Assembly: GCA_963662405.2 (NCBI GenBank)
Contig: CAXXKT010000001.1
Span: forward strand, 1,088,001 to 1,152,000
DNA: 64,000 bases
Direction: 5' to 3'
From: Syntrophales bacterium
GTDB taxonomy: Bacteria; Desulfobacterota; Syntrophia; Syntrophales; UBA2210
Positions 51,302 to 61,429 of this stretch are shown here, one piece after another. Under the pieces are notes generated by a model. That model was given only the letters and a program-made list of their open reading frames with translations. It ran no database searches and had not been told where the DNA came from. Numbering within the stretch: position 1 is the stretch's first letter; the number at the start of each line of letters is the position of its first letter. The position numbers and the translations under genes are program-made.

Positions 51302-52501
51302 CTATACCAGCTCCCGTCCGATGATCATGTCCTGCACCTCTCTGACGCCCTCATAGATATCAATGATATGGGCGTCCCGTGCCAGCTTGGAGATCTCGTA
51401 CTCCGCCATGAACCCGTACCCACCGTGCAGGTGAAGGCCCTCCGTGGCGCAGAAGAGGGCCGCCTCCGCGGCGACGTTTTTAGCCAGGGAGGCGTATACA
51501 CCCCGATCGTCCGCCCCTTCCTGGACCTTGGCCGCCGCCTTCATCAGGGCGAGGTCCGCCAGCTCGACCCGCTTCCACATCGCCACCAGGGCGTCGCGCG
51601 CCACCGGCATGTCGGAGATCCTCTGCCCGAACTGTTTGCGTTCCTTCGTGTATTCCAACGTAATATCAAAGGCGCGTTTTGCGAGGCCGACACCGATCGC
51701 CGCTACCATGGGGCGCGCGTAATCGAGAACATCCACGGCGTATTTGAAGCCGAGCCGTCGGTTCCCGATGATCTGATAGTCCTCGATGACGACATCTTCG
51801 AAGGTCACCGTCGCCGTATTCGAGAGACGCTGTCCGAGCTTGTCCTCGGGTTTTCCCGTCGTGATCGTGCCTCCCCCCGGGAGGGATATCACCCTCCCCC
51901 CCGTGGGTTGGGCGGTGATATCGGCCTCGGAAATCATACTGTACGGTATGATGACACAGGCCATCATCAGGCCCTTGGGACTTCCCGTCTTGCAGAAAAC
52001 GGTAAATTGGGAGGCATGCGAGGCATTGGTGATAAAACACTTCTCGCCGTTGAGGATATATTTTCCGTTGTCTCCCTTGCGTATGAAGGTTGTCATGGCG
52101 GAATTGTCGGAACCCGCCCCGGGTTCCGTCAGACAGAAGGCCGCAATAATGGGGGCCTCGACAAAGGGCGTAAGGAAGGCCTTTTTCTGCTCATCCGTCC
52201 CGTGCTGCGTGATCACCACATTGGCAAGATCATTACACATCGTTGATGTAGAGATGCCGGTGTCGCCGTAGGACAGATCCCTGACGATCAGGGCAGATGA
52301 GATGATATCCACCTCAAACCCCTTCACCGATTCGGGAACGGAGAGATTCATCAGCCCCATCTCCCACGCCTTTTCGATAAGATCTGCAGGGAAGACATGC
52401 CCTTGCTCCCGGTCCATAATATCGGGAGTTATTTCATTTTTGACGAATTTCCGGACCGTTTCCACGTATATCTTCTGGTCGTCGGTAAGATTGAAATCCA
52501 T
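51302..52501 (-). CDS. Acyl-CoA (possibly acyl-ACP) dehydrogenase
   Basis: FCLTEPGAGSD, NGEKCFITN, KLGQR, HGGYG, IYEG. Confidence 0.9.
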   Translation of the reverse strand: MDFNLTDDQKIYVETVRKFVKNEITPDIMDREQGHVFPADLIEKAWEMGLMNLSVPESVKGFEVDIISSALIVRDLSYGDTGISTSTMCNDLANVVITQHGTDEQKKAFLTPFVEAPIIAAFCLTEPGAGSDNSAMTTFIRKGDNGKYILNGEKCFITNASHASQFTVFCKTGSPKGLMMACVIIPYSMISEADITAQPTGGRVISLPGGGTITTGKPEDKLGQRLSNTATVTFEDVVIEDYQIIGNRRLGFKYAVDVLDYARPMVAAIGVGLAKRAFDITLEYTKERKQFGQRISDMPVARDALVAMWKRVELADLALMKAAAKVQEGADDRGVYASLAKNVAAEAALFCATEGLHLHGGYGFMAEYEISKLARDAHIIDIYEGVREVQDMIIGRELV

Positions 52502-52599
52502 GATATGCTTATTCTCCTGAGCAATAGGGGCTCTTTACAGAAACCGATCCGCTTGAGGCGCACCCTTCTCCTGCGGACCAATGTGGCAGCGGCTTCTTG

Positions 52600-53565
52600 T
52601 CATGGTTGTTTTTGATCGATGCCGGCCTTTTGAAAGACCCTCTGGGCGCCTGAAAAGGTCGTAATGGACTGACACTCCAACTGCATAGTCTTGAAAAATT
52701 TTCTGAGGGGCCAGCCGGGACCGATCTCGATGACGGAACCGGCGACAGCCGAGAGGGCTTCCATGTTCTTCCTCCACTGGACCGCATGACTCAGCTGTGA
52801 AACCAGCATGTCAATAATCTCTTTACTGCTGTTCGCGTGGAAGTAACCGGTCACATTTGCCGTCACCCGCGTCGCACCGTCGGGCTGCAGTCGCTCCACG
52901 ACCCCGCACAATACTTCCCGAAATCGCCCCTCGATTGTTTTCATAAAGCGACTGTGGAAGGGGGCGCTGACATTCAGACGGACGAAACGAAACGATGTAT
53001 TATCAATGAATACAGCCCTTATCTTCTGTTCCGCTTCGGAGATTGCCTGTGCCTCACCGCTGATAACGATCTGATTGGTTGAGTTGTCGTTTGCCAGATC
53101 GATCGGGGACCCCTCCAGCGCCTCAAGGAGCCCGTCTGCATCCAGATCATCCGCGATAACGGCCGCCATCGCCCCCATCCCGACCGGTGTCGCCTCCTGC
53201 ATGAGGCGGCCCCGTGTCTGGACCGTCTTCAGGGCATCGGGGAAGGGGAATACCCCCGCGGCGACCAGGGCGGTATATTCGCCGAGGCTGTGCCCCCCGA
53301 AATATGAGGGGCTGAAGTCATAGAGCGACTGAAGTCCCCGAAACATGGCTATTTCGGTCGCCAGGATACAGGGCTGGGAGTATTCAGTCAGATTCAGCCG
53401 TTCGTCTTCCTCGAAACACCTGGCGATCACATCCCATCCCAGGGCGTCGGAGGCCTCATGGTAGGTGTCCCGGCTTACCGGGATTGCATCGTAGAAATCC
53501 TTTCCCATCCCGGGGCGCTGTGAGCCTTGGCCCGGAAAAACGACTGCGGTGTTCCGATCATCCAT
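52600..53565 (-). CDS. fabD: Malonyl-CoA:ACP transacylase
   Basis: FPGQGSQ, GHSLGEY, VSAPFHS. Confidence 0.93.
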   Translation of the reverse strand: MDDRNTAVVFPGQGSQRPGMGKDFYDAIPVSRDTYHEASDALGWDVIARCFEEDERLNLTEYSQPCILATEIAMFRGLQSLYDFSPSYFGGHSLGEYTALVAAGVFPFPDALKTVQTRGRLMQEATPVGMGAMAAVIADDLDADGLLEALEGSPIDLANDNSTNQIVISGEAQAISEAEQKIRAVFIDNTSFRFVRLNVSAPFHSRFMKTIEGRFREVLCGVVERLQPDGATRVTANVTGYFHANSSKEIIDMLVSQLSHAVQWRKNMEALSAVAGSVIEIGPGWPLRKFFKTMQLECQSITTFSGAQRVFQKAGIDQKQP

Positions 53566-53614
53566 TCTCGCTTTTCACTTCCTTCCCGTGACATGCTGTA
53601 TCCGCATCACCTAC

Positions 53615-53629
53615 GCATATTACATGCCA
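53615..53629 (-). promoter_or_regulatory. Sigma-54 promoter of the lipid-synthesis cluster
   Basis: Minus strand TGGCATGTAATATGC (GG-N10-GC), 50 bp upstream of fabD. Confidence 0.65.
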
Positions 53630-53794
53630 TCTGCTCACCCCCTGTCGCATATCGAACCAGGGGACTGTAATTCTTTCCAAATCCGCGATTTGTGCCATCC
53701 ATCCGGAGAAGCAGGCAGAAGAGATTGGGTGCGTAACACCCTTCGCGGTCAGTAACGGATTACACAGTCGCATGCCATGCCGTCGCTCCGGTGC

Positions 53795-53812
53795 GGATTG
53801 TCATTACAATCC
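53795..53812. promoter_or_regulatory. Palindrome, candidate upstream activator sequence
   Basis: GGATTGT-catt-ACAATCC, about 170 bp upstream of the sigma-54 site. Confidence 0.4.
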
Positions 53813-54160
53813 CGATGTCCGTTGATCCATACCCTGTCATTCTGTTGCTCCGTAACTTGCCACACAGCGCATTCTCTGGTATCATCCGCGCACTTTTGGT
53901 AATATCGGAATTGGGCACGTCAGTGCCATGCCAGAAACCAAGCCGCGCTTTCATCACAATGGGCGAAATGCACAAAACCGTTTTTCAGTCGTTCTGTTTT
54001 TTCGGTCGAAAAAGGCGATTACGCCATAAAATCATTTTGCTGAGCACCAATGGCCTTTCAGGTAATTTGAGAATGCTTGTGCGAAAAAAAAGAAGTCGTC
54101 AGGTTGACTGAATGGCAATCTCGTAACTCGTGCTCGGGCTTACATAATGGAGAGCCTATC

Positions 54161-56320
54161 ATGGGTCAGGAGTTGAGCGAAGGGCTTACGAACAGAGTAA
54201 ACATCGTGCAGGACAACGCACGAAACGAACAGAGGTTGGAAGCAGCGTCAGATCTCTCGCAGAATGAAGAGAGAGTTCTTTTTGAGGCCTTACCCGTTGG
54301 CTTTTGCATCATCCATAACGGCCGATTCAACTATGTCAATTCTTGGTTGTCTCATATGTTAGGATACGAGCACTCCGGACAATTGATCGGAAAATCATTC
54401 CTCGATATCATTTACCCTTACGACAGAGATCGGGTTGCACGTGTAATGCAAAAAGGGAAGGATCACAATGCCCCAGAGCAAGGTATCTGCCGTGTACTCA
54501 AAAAAGACGGATCTGTTATCTGGGGAAGTCTAGGCGGACGAAGCATGATTCATAACGGAAAATATTCATATGCGGGATATATAACCGAAGTCACCATTTT
54601 GAGAGAAATGGAAGAATCTTTGAAAAAATATAAGACCGTGATCAATGAAATTGAAGACAGTATTGGCGAAACAGACATCAAGGGAAATCTACTTTTTATC
54701 AACGATGCCGTATGCAGACTCCGGGGATATACAAGGGAAGAAATGATCGGCAGAAATTATACCTCCTTCATTGACAAAGAAGGGGCAAAACGCTTACGAA
54801 AAGCCTTTAATACCGTGTATAAAACGGGGATTCCCGGCCGATATGTTCATGAAGTGATACTGAAAGACGGTACGCGTAGGATCGCTGAAGATTCCATCTC
54901 TTTGATCCGAGATGCGGACGGAACCACCACAGGGTTTCGATCGGTACAACGCGATGTAACCGACCGTGAGGAAGCAGGGACAAAGCTGATTGAACAACGC
55001 GCCCGTCTTGAGGCCATATTCAGAAGCGTACAAGATGCTATTATCACCGTAACCCCAGATTTGCGGGTCATTGCGGCCAATACCGCAACGGAGAACATCT
55101 GCGGGATCAAGGTGGAAGAGATCGAGGGAAAGCTATTTCCGCACTGTCTGAACCAGTGTAGTCGATCGTGCTGTGAGGTTTTGCGGCAGACCCTTGAAAA
55201 GAAAATACCCATTCAAGAATATCATATCGAATGCAATTCCCAAAGACGCCATCACCAGGTCGCAAGTGTGAGCAGTTCTCCACTTCTGGATCCGGAGGGC
55301 AGGTTTATGGGGGCCGTCCTGGTGATCCGAGATATTACCCTGCTCAGAAATCTGGAGCGGGAGTTGCACGAGAGACATCAATTTCAAAATATCATCGGCA
55401 AAAGTCAGAAGATGCAGGACATCTACCGGCTCTTAGAAGACTTGGCCAGCCTGGAGACCACGGTTTTAGTCACGGGAGAAAGTGGAACAGGAAAGGAAGT
55501 CATCGCCAAGGCGCTTCACTACAGCGGTCATCGCGCCGGCAAGCCGTTCGTCAAGGTAAGCTGTTCGGCACTGGCGGAAAACCTCTTGGAAAGCGAACTG
55601 TTCGGTCATGTCAAAGGGGCGTTTACAGGGGCCATTCATGACAAGCAGGGACGATTCCAGGCGGCTGATGGTGGAACAATCCTGCTGGACGAGATTGGTG
55701 ACGTTTCACCTCTCATCCAGCTCAAGCTTTTACGGGTTTTGCAGGATAAGGAATTTGAGCGAGTGGGGGAGACCATCACACGGAAGGTTGATGTCCGTGT
55801 GATTGCATGCACCAACAAAAACCTCAAAGAAAAAGTGAAAAATGGGGAATTCCGAGAAGACCTGTACTATCGTTTGAAAGTAGTTGAAATTCCTCTCCCT
55901 CGACTCCGCGAAAGGCTCAAAGACGTACCGTTGCTTGTCGATCACTTCTGCCGCATCTTTAATAAGAGTTTTCATAAAAAGATCGATGGGGTATCCAGTG
56001 ATGTCCTCGCTTGCTTCATGAATTATCCCTGGCCGGGGAATGTGCGGGAGCTTGAACATGCTGTCGAATGTGCGTTCGTGCTCTGCCACGAGAGGGTTAT
56101 CACCCTTGATCACTTGCCCCCGGAAATCAAAAACTACAAGGGGCCGACGCGGGCCACTGTCCCTGACATTCACTTGGAAAAGCGGGAAGAAGCCCGGAAT
56201 ATTCTGGATGCTCTCAACGAAACGTTGTGGAACAAGACTAAGGCTGCGCACCTACTTGGTATAAGTCGGCAGACGCTATATCGGAAAATTTACGCATATG
56301 AAATTATGAGCAAGGTGTAA
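54161..56320 (+). CDS. Sigma-54 enhancer-binding protein with three PAS domains
   Basis: PAS repeats, GESGTGKE, ESELFGHVKGAFTGA, FREDLYYRL, WPGNVREL, Fis-type HTH. Alternative start at 54077. Confidence 0.93.
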   Translation: MGQELSEGLTNRVNIVQDNARNEQRLEAASDLSQNEERVLFEALPVGFCIIHNGRFNYVNSWLSHMLGYEHSGQLIGKSFLDIIYPYDRDRVARVMQKGKDHNAPEQGICRVLKKDGSVIWGSLGGRSMIHNGKYSYAGYITEVTILREMEESLKKYKTVINEIEDSIGETDIKGNLLFINDAVCRLRGYTREEMIGRNYTSFIDKEGAKRLRKAFNTVYKTGIPGRYVHEVILKDGTRRIAEDSISLIRDADGTTTGFRSVQRDVTDREEAGTKLIEQRARLEAIFRSVQDAIITVTPDLRVIAANTATENICGIKVEEIEGKLFPHCLNQCSRSCCEVLRQTLEKKIPIQEYHIECNSQRRHHQVASVSSSPLLDPEGRFMGAVLVIRDITLLRNLERELHERHQFQNIIGKSQKMQDIYRLLEDLASLETTVLVTGESGTGKEVIAKALHYSGHRAGKPFVKVSCSALAENLLESELFGHVKGAFTGAIHDKQGRFQAADGGTILLDEIGDVSPLIQLKLLRVLQDKEFERVGETITRKVDVRVIACTNKNLKEKVKNGEFREDLYYRLKVVEIPLPRLRERLKDVPLLVDHFCRIFNKSFHKKIDGVSSDVLACFMNYPWPGNVRELEHAVECAFVLCHERVITLDHLPPEIKNYKGPTRATVPDIHLEKREEARNILDALNETLWNKTKAAHLLGISRQTLYRKIYAYEIMSKV

Positions 56321-56367
56321 CATAAAACGTAACATGTCACATACTGTAAATTTACATAATGTCACAT
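56316..56367. promoter_or_regulatory. Cluster of YGT(A/C)ACAT boxes and a palindrome, candidate enhancer
   Basis: tgtaacat (56316), cgtaacat (56328), tgtcacat (56335 and 56360), and the perfect palindrome tgtaaatttaca (56345-56356). Confidence 0.5.
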
Positions 56368-56461
56368 GATCCTTCATTCGGCATTTTCTAATGTATCTGT
56401 AGCATACCCTAAGAAACTGGATTAAATTCATTTTTTTCAACCCATTTACCTGTCCTGCGCG

Positions 56462-56476
56462 CGGCATGTATCTTGC
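56462..56476 (+). promoter_or_regulatory. Sigma-54 promoter of the SBP gene
   Basis: CGGCATGTATCTTGC (GG-N10-GC, with TTGC). Confidence 0.7.
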
Positions 56477-56565
56477 GCAGCCTGCTTGTTAGCCATATTT
56501 GATCCCGTTACAAAAGGGGCAGGGTAATCATGAAAAAGTATGCAATCGGAAAAGGAGGAAAGGCA

Positions 56566-57936
56566 ATGGGAAAAAACTTGAAATTTAGTCTGTTTGCTGT
56601 GGCAACGCTCGTACTAACGCTTTGCTTCCCAGCCGGGATGAGCGCCGCCCCGTCAGGGGAGCCAATCGTGATCGGGTATGCCGGTATGGTGCTCTCGCCG
56701 GGGACGAGACCCTCTATGGCCATCCAGAAGATAGCGGTCCAGGAAATCAACGATGCGGGCGGGGTGCTCGGGCACCCGCTGAAGTACGTAATCGCCGACA
56801 ACAAAGGAGCCACCTCCCTGACGGTGGAGGGCTGCCGGCGTCTGCTCCTCGAGGAAAAGGCGAAGTTCATCTTTGTAGAGGGAAGAACGGAGATTGGTCT
56901 CGCCGCCCAGGAAAACGCGGCGGCCATGTTCAAGGACTACCCGCACATAATGATCTTCAATGGGGCCATGGGAAGAGAACTGACCGACCGCGTAGCCGAT
57001 GAATACGAAAAGTACAAATTCTGCTTCCGCGACTTCGATCCAGAGGCGGGTCACTATGCCCAGAGAAGGTATTTCTCAGAACACATATATCCCAGGATGA
57101 TGCCAGGCTTCAAAAAGGTGGCGATTCTATGGGAAGACCTCGAGTGGACCAAGTTATTCCGAGAGGGGGACCCGTCCTTGGGATTGCCTGGCTGGGAAGA
57201 AATGATGGAGAAAGATTATGGGTACGATATTGTCTACAGCAAGAATGTCAAGCCGCGGGGAACAATGTACCTGCCCCTCTTCCAGCAGGTCGCCATGGAA
57301 AAAGCCGATTTTCTCTTCTACGTTACGTCCTGGTTTACCGACACGGAATCCTTCGCCAAGCAGTGGACCGATTCGGCTGCACGAGATATCCCAACATCTC
57401 TCTATGGGGGTGTTTCACAGACAAGAGATTTTTGGAAACTGACGGGAGGAAAATGTCTCGGCATTGTTAGTAGTTATGCCGATGCTATGCTTCCGGTCAC
57501 GGACAAAACCATTCCCTTCCTCGAGATGACCAAGAAGCACAATATCCCGGGTCAACAGGCTGTTCACATCGCCTATGCAGATATCTACTATATCAAGAAG
57601 GTGATCGAAACCGCCGGGGGTGTGGATGATATCGACAAGTTGATCAAGGCAATGGAGACAACTGAAATTACCTATTCACTCGGGAAGATGGCCTACGAGA
57701 CTCAGCGAATCAAACCCTTTTTCCATTCAAGAAAAAGGGTTGATCCGAACGATCCTCAGCATAAAAGCTATCCCGGCATGTTTTTCCAAGCGATGGCGCA
57801 ATATCAGAAGAACGGGGAGATGGGATATCTGGGAGGTTCCTGCAAGGAAAATGAGGAGCTTGCCCAAAACGCCGGCATGGGAAAACCGGAAAATTACGTT
57901 TATCCGGCCGAACTGAGAAAGAGGGAAAAGAAATAA
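56566..57936 (+). CDS. LivJ-like (branched-chain amino acid type) periplasmic substrate-binding protein, orphan
   Basis: Signal peptide, IAVQEINDAGGVLG motif, AGGAGG RBS. Confidence 0.85.
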   Translation: MGKNLKFSLFAVATLVLTLCFPAGMSAAPSGEPIVIGYAGMVLSPGTRPSMAIQKIAVQEINDAGGVLGHPLKYVIADNKGATSLTVEGCRRLLLEEKAKFIFVEGRTEIGLAAQENAAAMFKDYPHIMIFNGAMGRELTDRVADEYEKYKFCFRDFDPEAGHYAQRRYFSEHIYPRMMPGFKKVAILWEDLEWTKLFREGDPSLGLPGWEEMMEKDYGYDIVYSKNVKPRGTMYLPLFQQVAMEKADFLFYVTSWFTDTESFAKQWTDSAARDIPTSLYGGVSQTRDFWKLTGGKCLGIVSSYADAMLPVTDKTIPFLEMTKKHNIPGQQAVHIAYADIYYIKKVIETAGGVDDIDKLIKAMETTEITYSLGKMAYETQRIKPFFHSRKRVDPNDPQHKSYPGMFFQAMAQYQKNGEMGYLGGSCKENEELAQNAGMGKPENYVYPAELRKREKK

Positions 57937-57946
57937 TACCCCCCAG

Positions 57947-57989
57947 TGAAAGGCGGATCTCGCTGCAATATGGTGAGATCCGCCTTTCA
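57947..57989 (+). terminator. Hairpin after the SBP gene
   Basis: tgaaaggcggatctc...gagatccgcctttca. Confidence 0.6.
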
Positions 57990-58343
57990 ACCATCCCGCC
58001 TTTCGAATCCGCTTCCGTGAAAACCCTATAACAACACCAGCCAGGACCTTTTATCGATGAATATGTGATTACACTGTCTGCCAAACAGACGAGGTGGCGG
58101 CCCACAATGGTGTACAGCGAAAGAACCGCGTCAACGCGATCTGCCGGACGGCGCTTGAGCCGTCAACGAATCTTTTTCCCGTACAATCGACCGACTTTTT
58201 CGGAAAGATCATTTCACGCAAAATAACACGGCTCCTGTCGTTCTTGTAAAGCCACGGGGTGTATGATAGCATTTCCATGGTAAGATCTTGTGTGGACCTA
58301 TTCACTTGTTGAGCCCTACCGGTGTATCGGAGGAGCACTACAT

Positions 58344-59870
58344 ATGGAGACCTTTGCCTTGGGGGCGATCAGCCTGACGATTGCGGCATCGTTGCTCATA
58401 AAGAAAAACAAATCGCTGCTCCATGTCACTTTCGCCGTTCTCTGCCTGGGACTATTCCTTGAGAAGACCGGGACCTTCTTCGGCGATATTTTCGCCGCCG
58501 ATTTCTGGGCGACTATTCGTGCCTTGGGTTTCCTGATCGTTCCGCCCTTTCTGATTGCCTTCAGCCGGATATTTCTCGGTAACGAAGAGATACCAACACG
58601 TTTGCCGATCTATGCGGGTCTTATCAGCCTGATCATCGCCGTCGCCTATTTCCCCTTCCTCTTTCACTGGCGTTACACCGACATTATCCTATACACCTAC
58701 CTCGGCTTCGCCGTACTCTATTGTTTTGGTACACTCCTGCGCACCGTGTATCACGCCGAAGACGGGATCGCGCGGAAGCGGTTCGCCTATATCGTTGCAG
58801 CATGTGCCGTCTCAGCCCTTGTAAGTATGACGAACATCGTGCATGTCTACCATCCCGGAGTCCCCCTGCTGTCGGATATCGTCCTTGCGGGTTTGATCTA
58901 TTTCATCCTCATCATCATCACCTACCCCAGACTCCCCGAGCTGTATGAAATCATGGTCCGGGCGGCGATCGTTTTTCTCCTGATCATCTTTGCAACGGTC
59001 GTGTTCTATCTTGTACTCGGTATCTTCGGCGGGGACGAGGCAATTCCAGCCTTTACCCTGATCTTCATGTCATCATTTCTCATTGTCATCTTCATAGACC
59101 CCGTAAAACTGATCCTCAAAAGGGCCGGGATGTATTTCTTCCCCGAAGGGAAAGGATCCCTCAACTCGCTTTATACCATCGATGAAGAGGTAGAGCGTGA
59201 AAAATCACTCCTCCTGGAAGAGATGGCGAGTACGCTCGCACACGAGATCCGGAACCCCCTCGGCTCGATTAAGGCCGCAGCTCAATACCTGAAATCTGAC
59301 AGTGAGTCCGAGGAAAACCAGGCGATTTTTGATGTGATTACGGCAGAAATCGATCGCCTGAACAATGTGGTTTCTCGCTTTCTCACCTATGCCAAGCCGG
59401 AGACGATCGAACCGGATACCCGGAGTATCGGGGATATCCTGGAGCGGATCATCGCCCTGATAACGACACGGCATCTCCCCGCAGGGATCGTTGTCAGGCG
59501 AAACATCCCGCAGGATCTTTCCCCGGTCTGGGTTGACGGTGAACAGATAATGCAGGCGATCCTGAATATTGTCCTGAACGCCGTGGAGGCGATGCCGGAC
59601 GGGGGTACCCTCACGCTGTCGGCGCGAGACATCGATGAAGAGGAAAACCCGCGTGTTGAAGTGGTGATCGGTGATACGGGCGAGGGAATCACCAGTACAG
59701 CGATGCGCCGTATTTTTAAACCGTTTTATACCACCAAGGAGAAGGGGACCGGAATTGGCCTCGCCATCTCTCACAAGATCATCAAGGCCCATGGCGGAAC
59801 CATTGCCGTGACCTCCTCCGCGGGGCATGGAGCTGTCTTCCGCATCCGGATACCGGCATATCCGGTATAG
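58344..59870 (+). CDS. Membrane sensor histidine kinase
   Basis: Multi-TM N-terminus; AHEIRNPL H-box; N box; DTGEG; FKPFYTTK; GTGIGL. Confidence 0.92.
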   Translation: METFALGAISLTIAASLLIKKNKSLLHVTFAVLCLGLFLEKTGTFFGDIFAADFWATIRALGFLIVPPFLIAFSRIFLGNEEIPTRLPIYAGLISLIIAVAYFPFLFHWRYTDIILYTYLGFAVLYCFGTLLRTVYHAEDGIARKRFAYIVAACAVSALVSMTNIVHVYHPGVPLLSDIVLAGLIYFILIIITYPRLPELYEIMVRAAIVFLLIIFATVVFYLVLGIFGGDEAIPAFTLIFMSSFLIVIFIDPVKLILKRAGMYFFPEGKGSLNSLYTIDEEVEREKSLLLEEMASTLAHEIRNPLGSIKAAAQYLKSDSESEENQAIFDVITAEIDRLNNVVSRFLTYAKPETIEPDTRSIGDILERIIALITTRHLPAGIVVRRNIPQDLSPVWVDGEQIMQAILNIVLNAVEAMPDGGTLTLSARDIDEEENPRVEVVIGDTGEGITSTAMRRIFKPFYTTKEKGTGIGLAISHKIIKAHGGTIAVTSSAGHGAVFRIRIPAYPV

Positions 59871-60004
59871 AGATCGTGATGGTCTCTGGTGAAAAGAAGG
59901 CGTCTGCTCATCAGGAAAAGACTCTTCGGGAGCTTGACAGGGCTCTGTTCCTGTAATAGATTCAACCCTCGATAGAAGGCGGATATGTCACGCGTGAGAC
60001 CCAC

Positions 60005-61393
60005 ATGGCCACTATAAAACCAATGGAAAAGAAGACCGTTCTGGTCGTTGATGATGAAAAGAGTATGCGATTGGTTTTGTCCGCCATGCTCAAAAAGGAA
60101 GGGTACGGAGTTGCGACCGCCGCGGATGGCTTCGAGGGGCTCGATCTCCTCAAGAAGACCGATGTCTCTGTTGTTATCACCGATCTGAAGATGCCCCGGC
60201 TTGGGGGTATCGGTCTTTTGAACCGCGTCGTCGATAAATATCCCGCCCTGCCGGTGATCATTGTCACCGCCCACGGGACCATATCCAATGCCGTGGAAGC
60301 GGTCAAGAAGGGGGCCTTCGACTACATCACCAAGCCCTTCGACCAGGAAGATCTGAAGAACGTGATAGCCAAGGCGGTCAAGACCAAATCATTCAATGAC
60401 CGCGAACTGGTGTTTGATTCCCGGGACGATGATCAGTATGCCATTATCGGGACCAGCGGACCGATGCGGGAGATATTCGATATCATCAAAACGGTCGCAC
60501 CGACCCCGACGACCATATTGATCAACGGGGAGACGGGGACGGGGAAGGAACTCGTCGCCCGGGCGATCCATGAGAACAGTCCACGGAAGGATCATCCCTT
60601 CATCAAGATCAACTGTGCGGCGATCCCTGAAAATTTGATGGAGAGCGAGCTGTTCGGATACGAGAAGGGGGCCTTTACCGGGGCAGCCAACAGGAAACTC
60701 GGGAGATTCGAACAGGCCGACACGGGGACGCTCTTTCTCGATGAGATCGGTGACCTGCCGAAGGACATGCAGGCAAAGCTTCTCCGGACGATCCAGGACC
60801 GGGAGTTCGAGCGGGTCGGAGGGGTGCAGACTATCAAGGTCGATGTCAGGCTTATTGCCGCGACGAACAGGGATCTCATTCAGGACGTGCAGGACAAACA
60901 CTTCCGGGAGGATCTTTACTATCGGATTAATGTCCTGCCGATTATCCTCCCGGCCCTTCGGGAGAGGAAGGGCGATGTCCCGCTTCTCGTCGATCATTTC
61001 ATCGATAAATTCAACAGGAAGTTGAATCGGCACGTGCGGCGGGTCGAACCCGCGGTGGAACAGTTTTTTTGCGAGTATGACTGGCCCGGCAACATCAGGG
61101 AGATGGAGAATCTTTTGGAAAGGCTCATCCTTCTGGCAAACGATGATACCGTGCGGTACGGACAGCTCCCCACCGATATGTTTACCCCCTCTTCCGATGA
61201 TGTGATCACGCCCGAGTTGAAGCAGGGGTCTATCAAGGATATCGTCAAGGGACAGGCCGAGGCGGTGGAGAGTCATATCATCGCACGGGTACTCGACCAA
61301 TGCGGCAAGAATGTGACGCGGGCGGCCGATCGATTGGGGATCAGTCGCAAGGGGCTGCAATTGAAGATGATCAAATACGGGTTGAGAAAATAA
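60005..61393 (+). CDS. NtrC/AtoC-family sigma-54 response regulator
   Basis: VVDDE and TDLKMP receiver motifs, GETGTGKE, GAFTGA, WPGNIRE, HTH. Confidence 0.94.
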   Translation: MATIKPMEKKTVLVVDDEKSMRLVLSAMLKKEGYGVATAADGFEGLDLLKKTDVSVVITDLKMPRLGGIGLLNRVVDKYPALPVIIVTAHGTISNAVEAVKKGAFDYITKPFDQEDLKNVIAKAVKTKSFNDRELVFDSRDDDQYAIIGTSGPMREIFDIIKTVAPTPTTILINGETGTGKELVARAIHENSPRKDHPFIKINCAAIPENLMESELFGYEKGAFTGAANRKLGRFEQADTGTLFLDEIGDLPKDMQAKLLRTIQDREFERVGGVQTIKVDVRLIAATNRDLIQDVQDKHFREDLYYRINVLPIILPALRERKGDVPLLVDHFIDKFNRKLNRHVRRVEPAVEQFFCEYDWPGNIREMENLLERLILLANDDTVRYGQLPTDMFTPSSDDVITPELKQGSIKDIVKGQAEAVESHIIARVLDQCGKNVTRAADRLGISRKGLQLKMIKYGLRK

Positions 61394-61429
61394 CAACCAA
61401 GACACTCATATCGAATCTGGAGGTTCATC

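Noticed and set aside
45544..53565. Labelling the lipid cluster as aryl polyene or ladderane
   Set aside because: There is no chain-length-factor KS pair, AMP-ligase, glycosyltransferase, MMPL or radical SAM gene.
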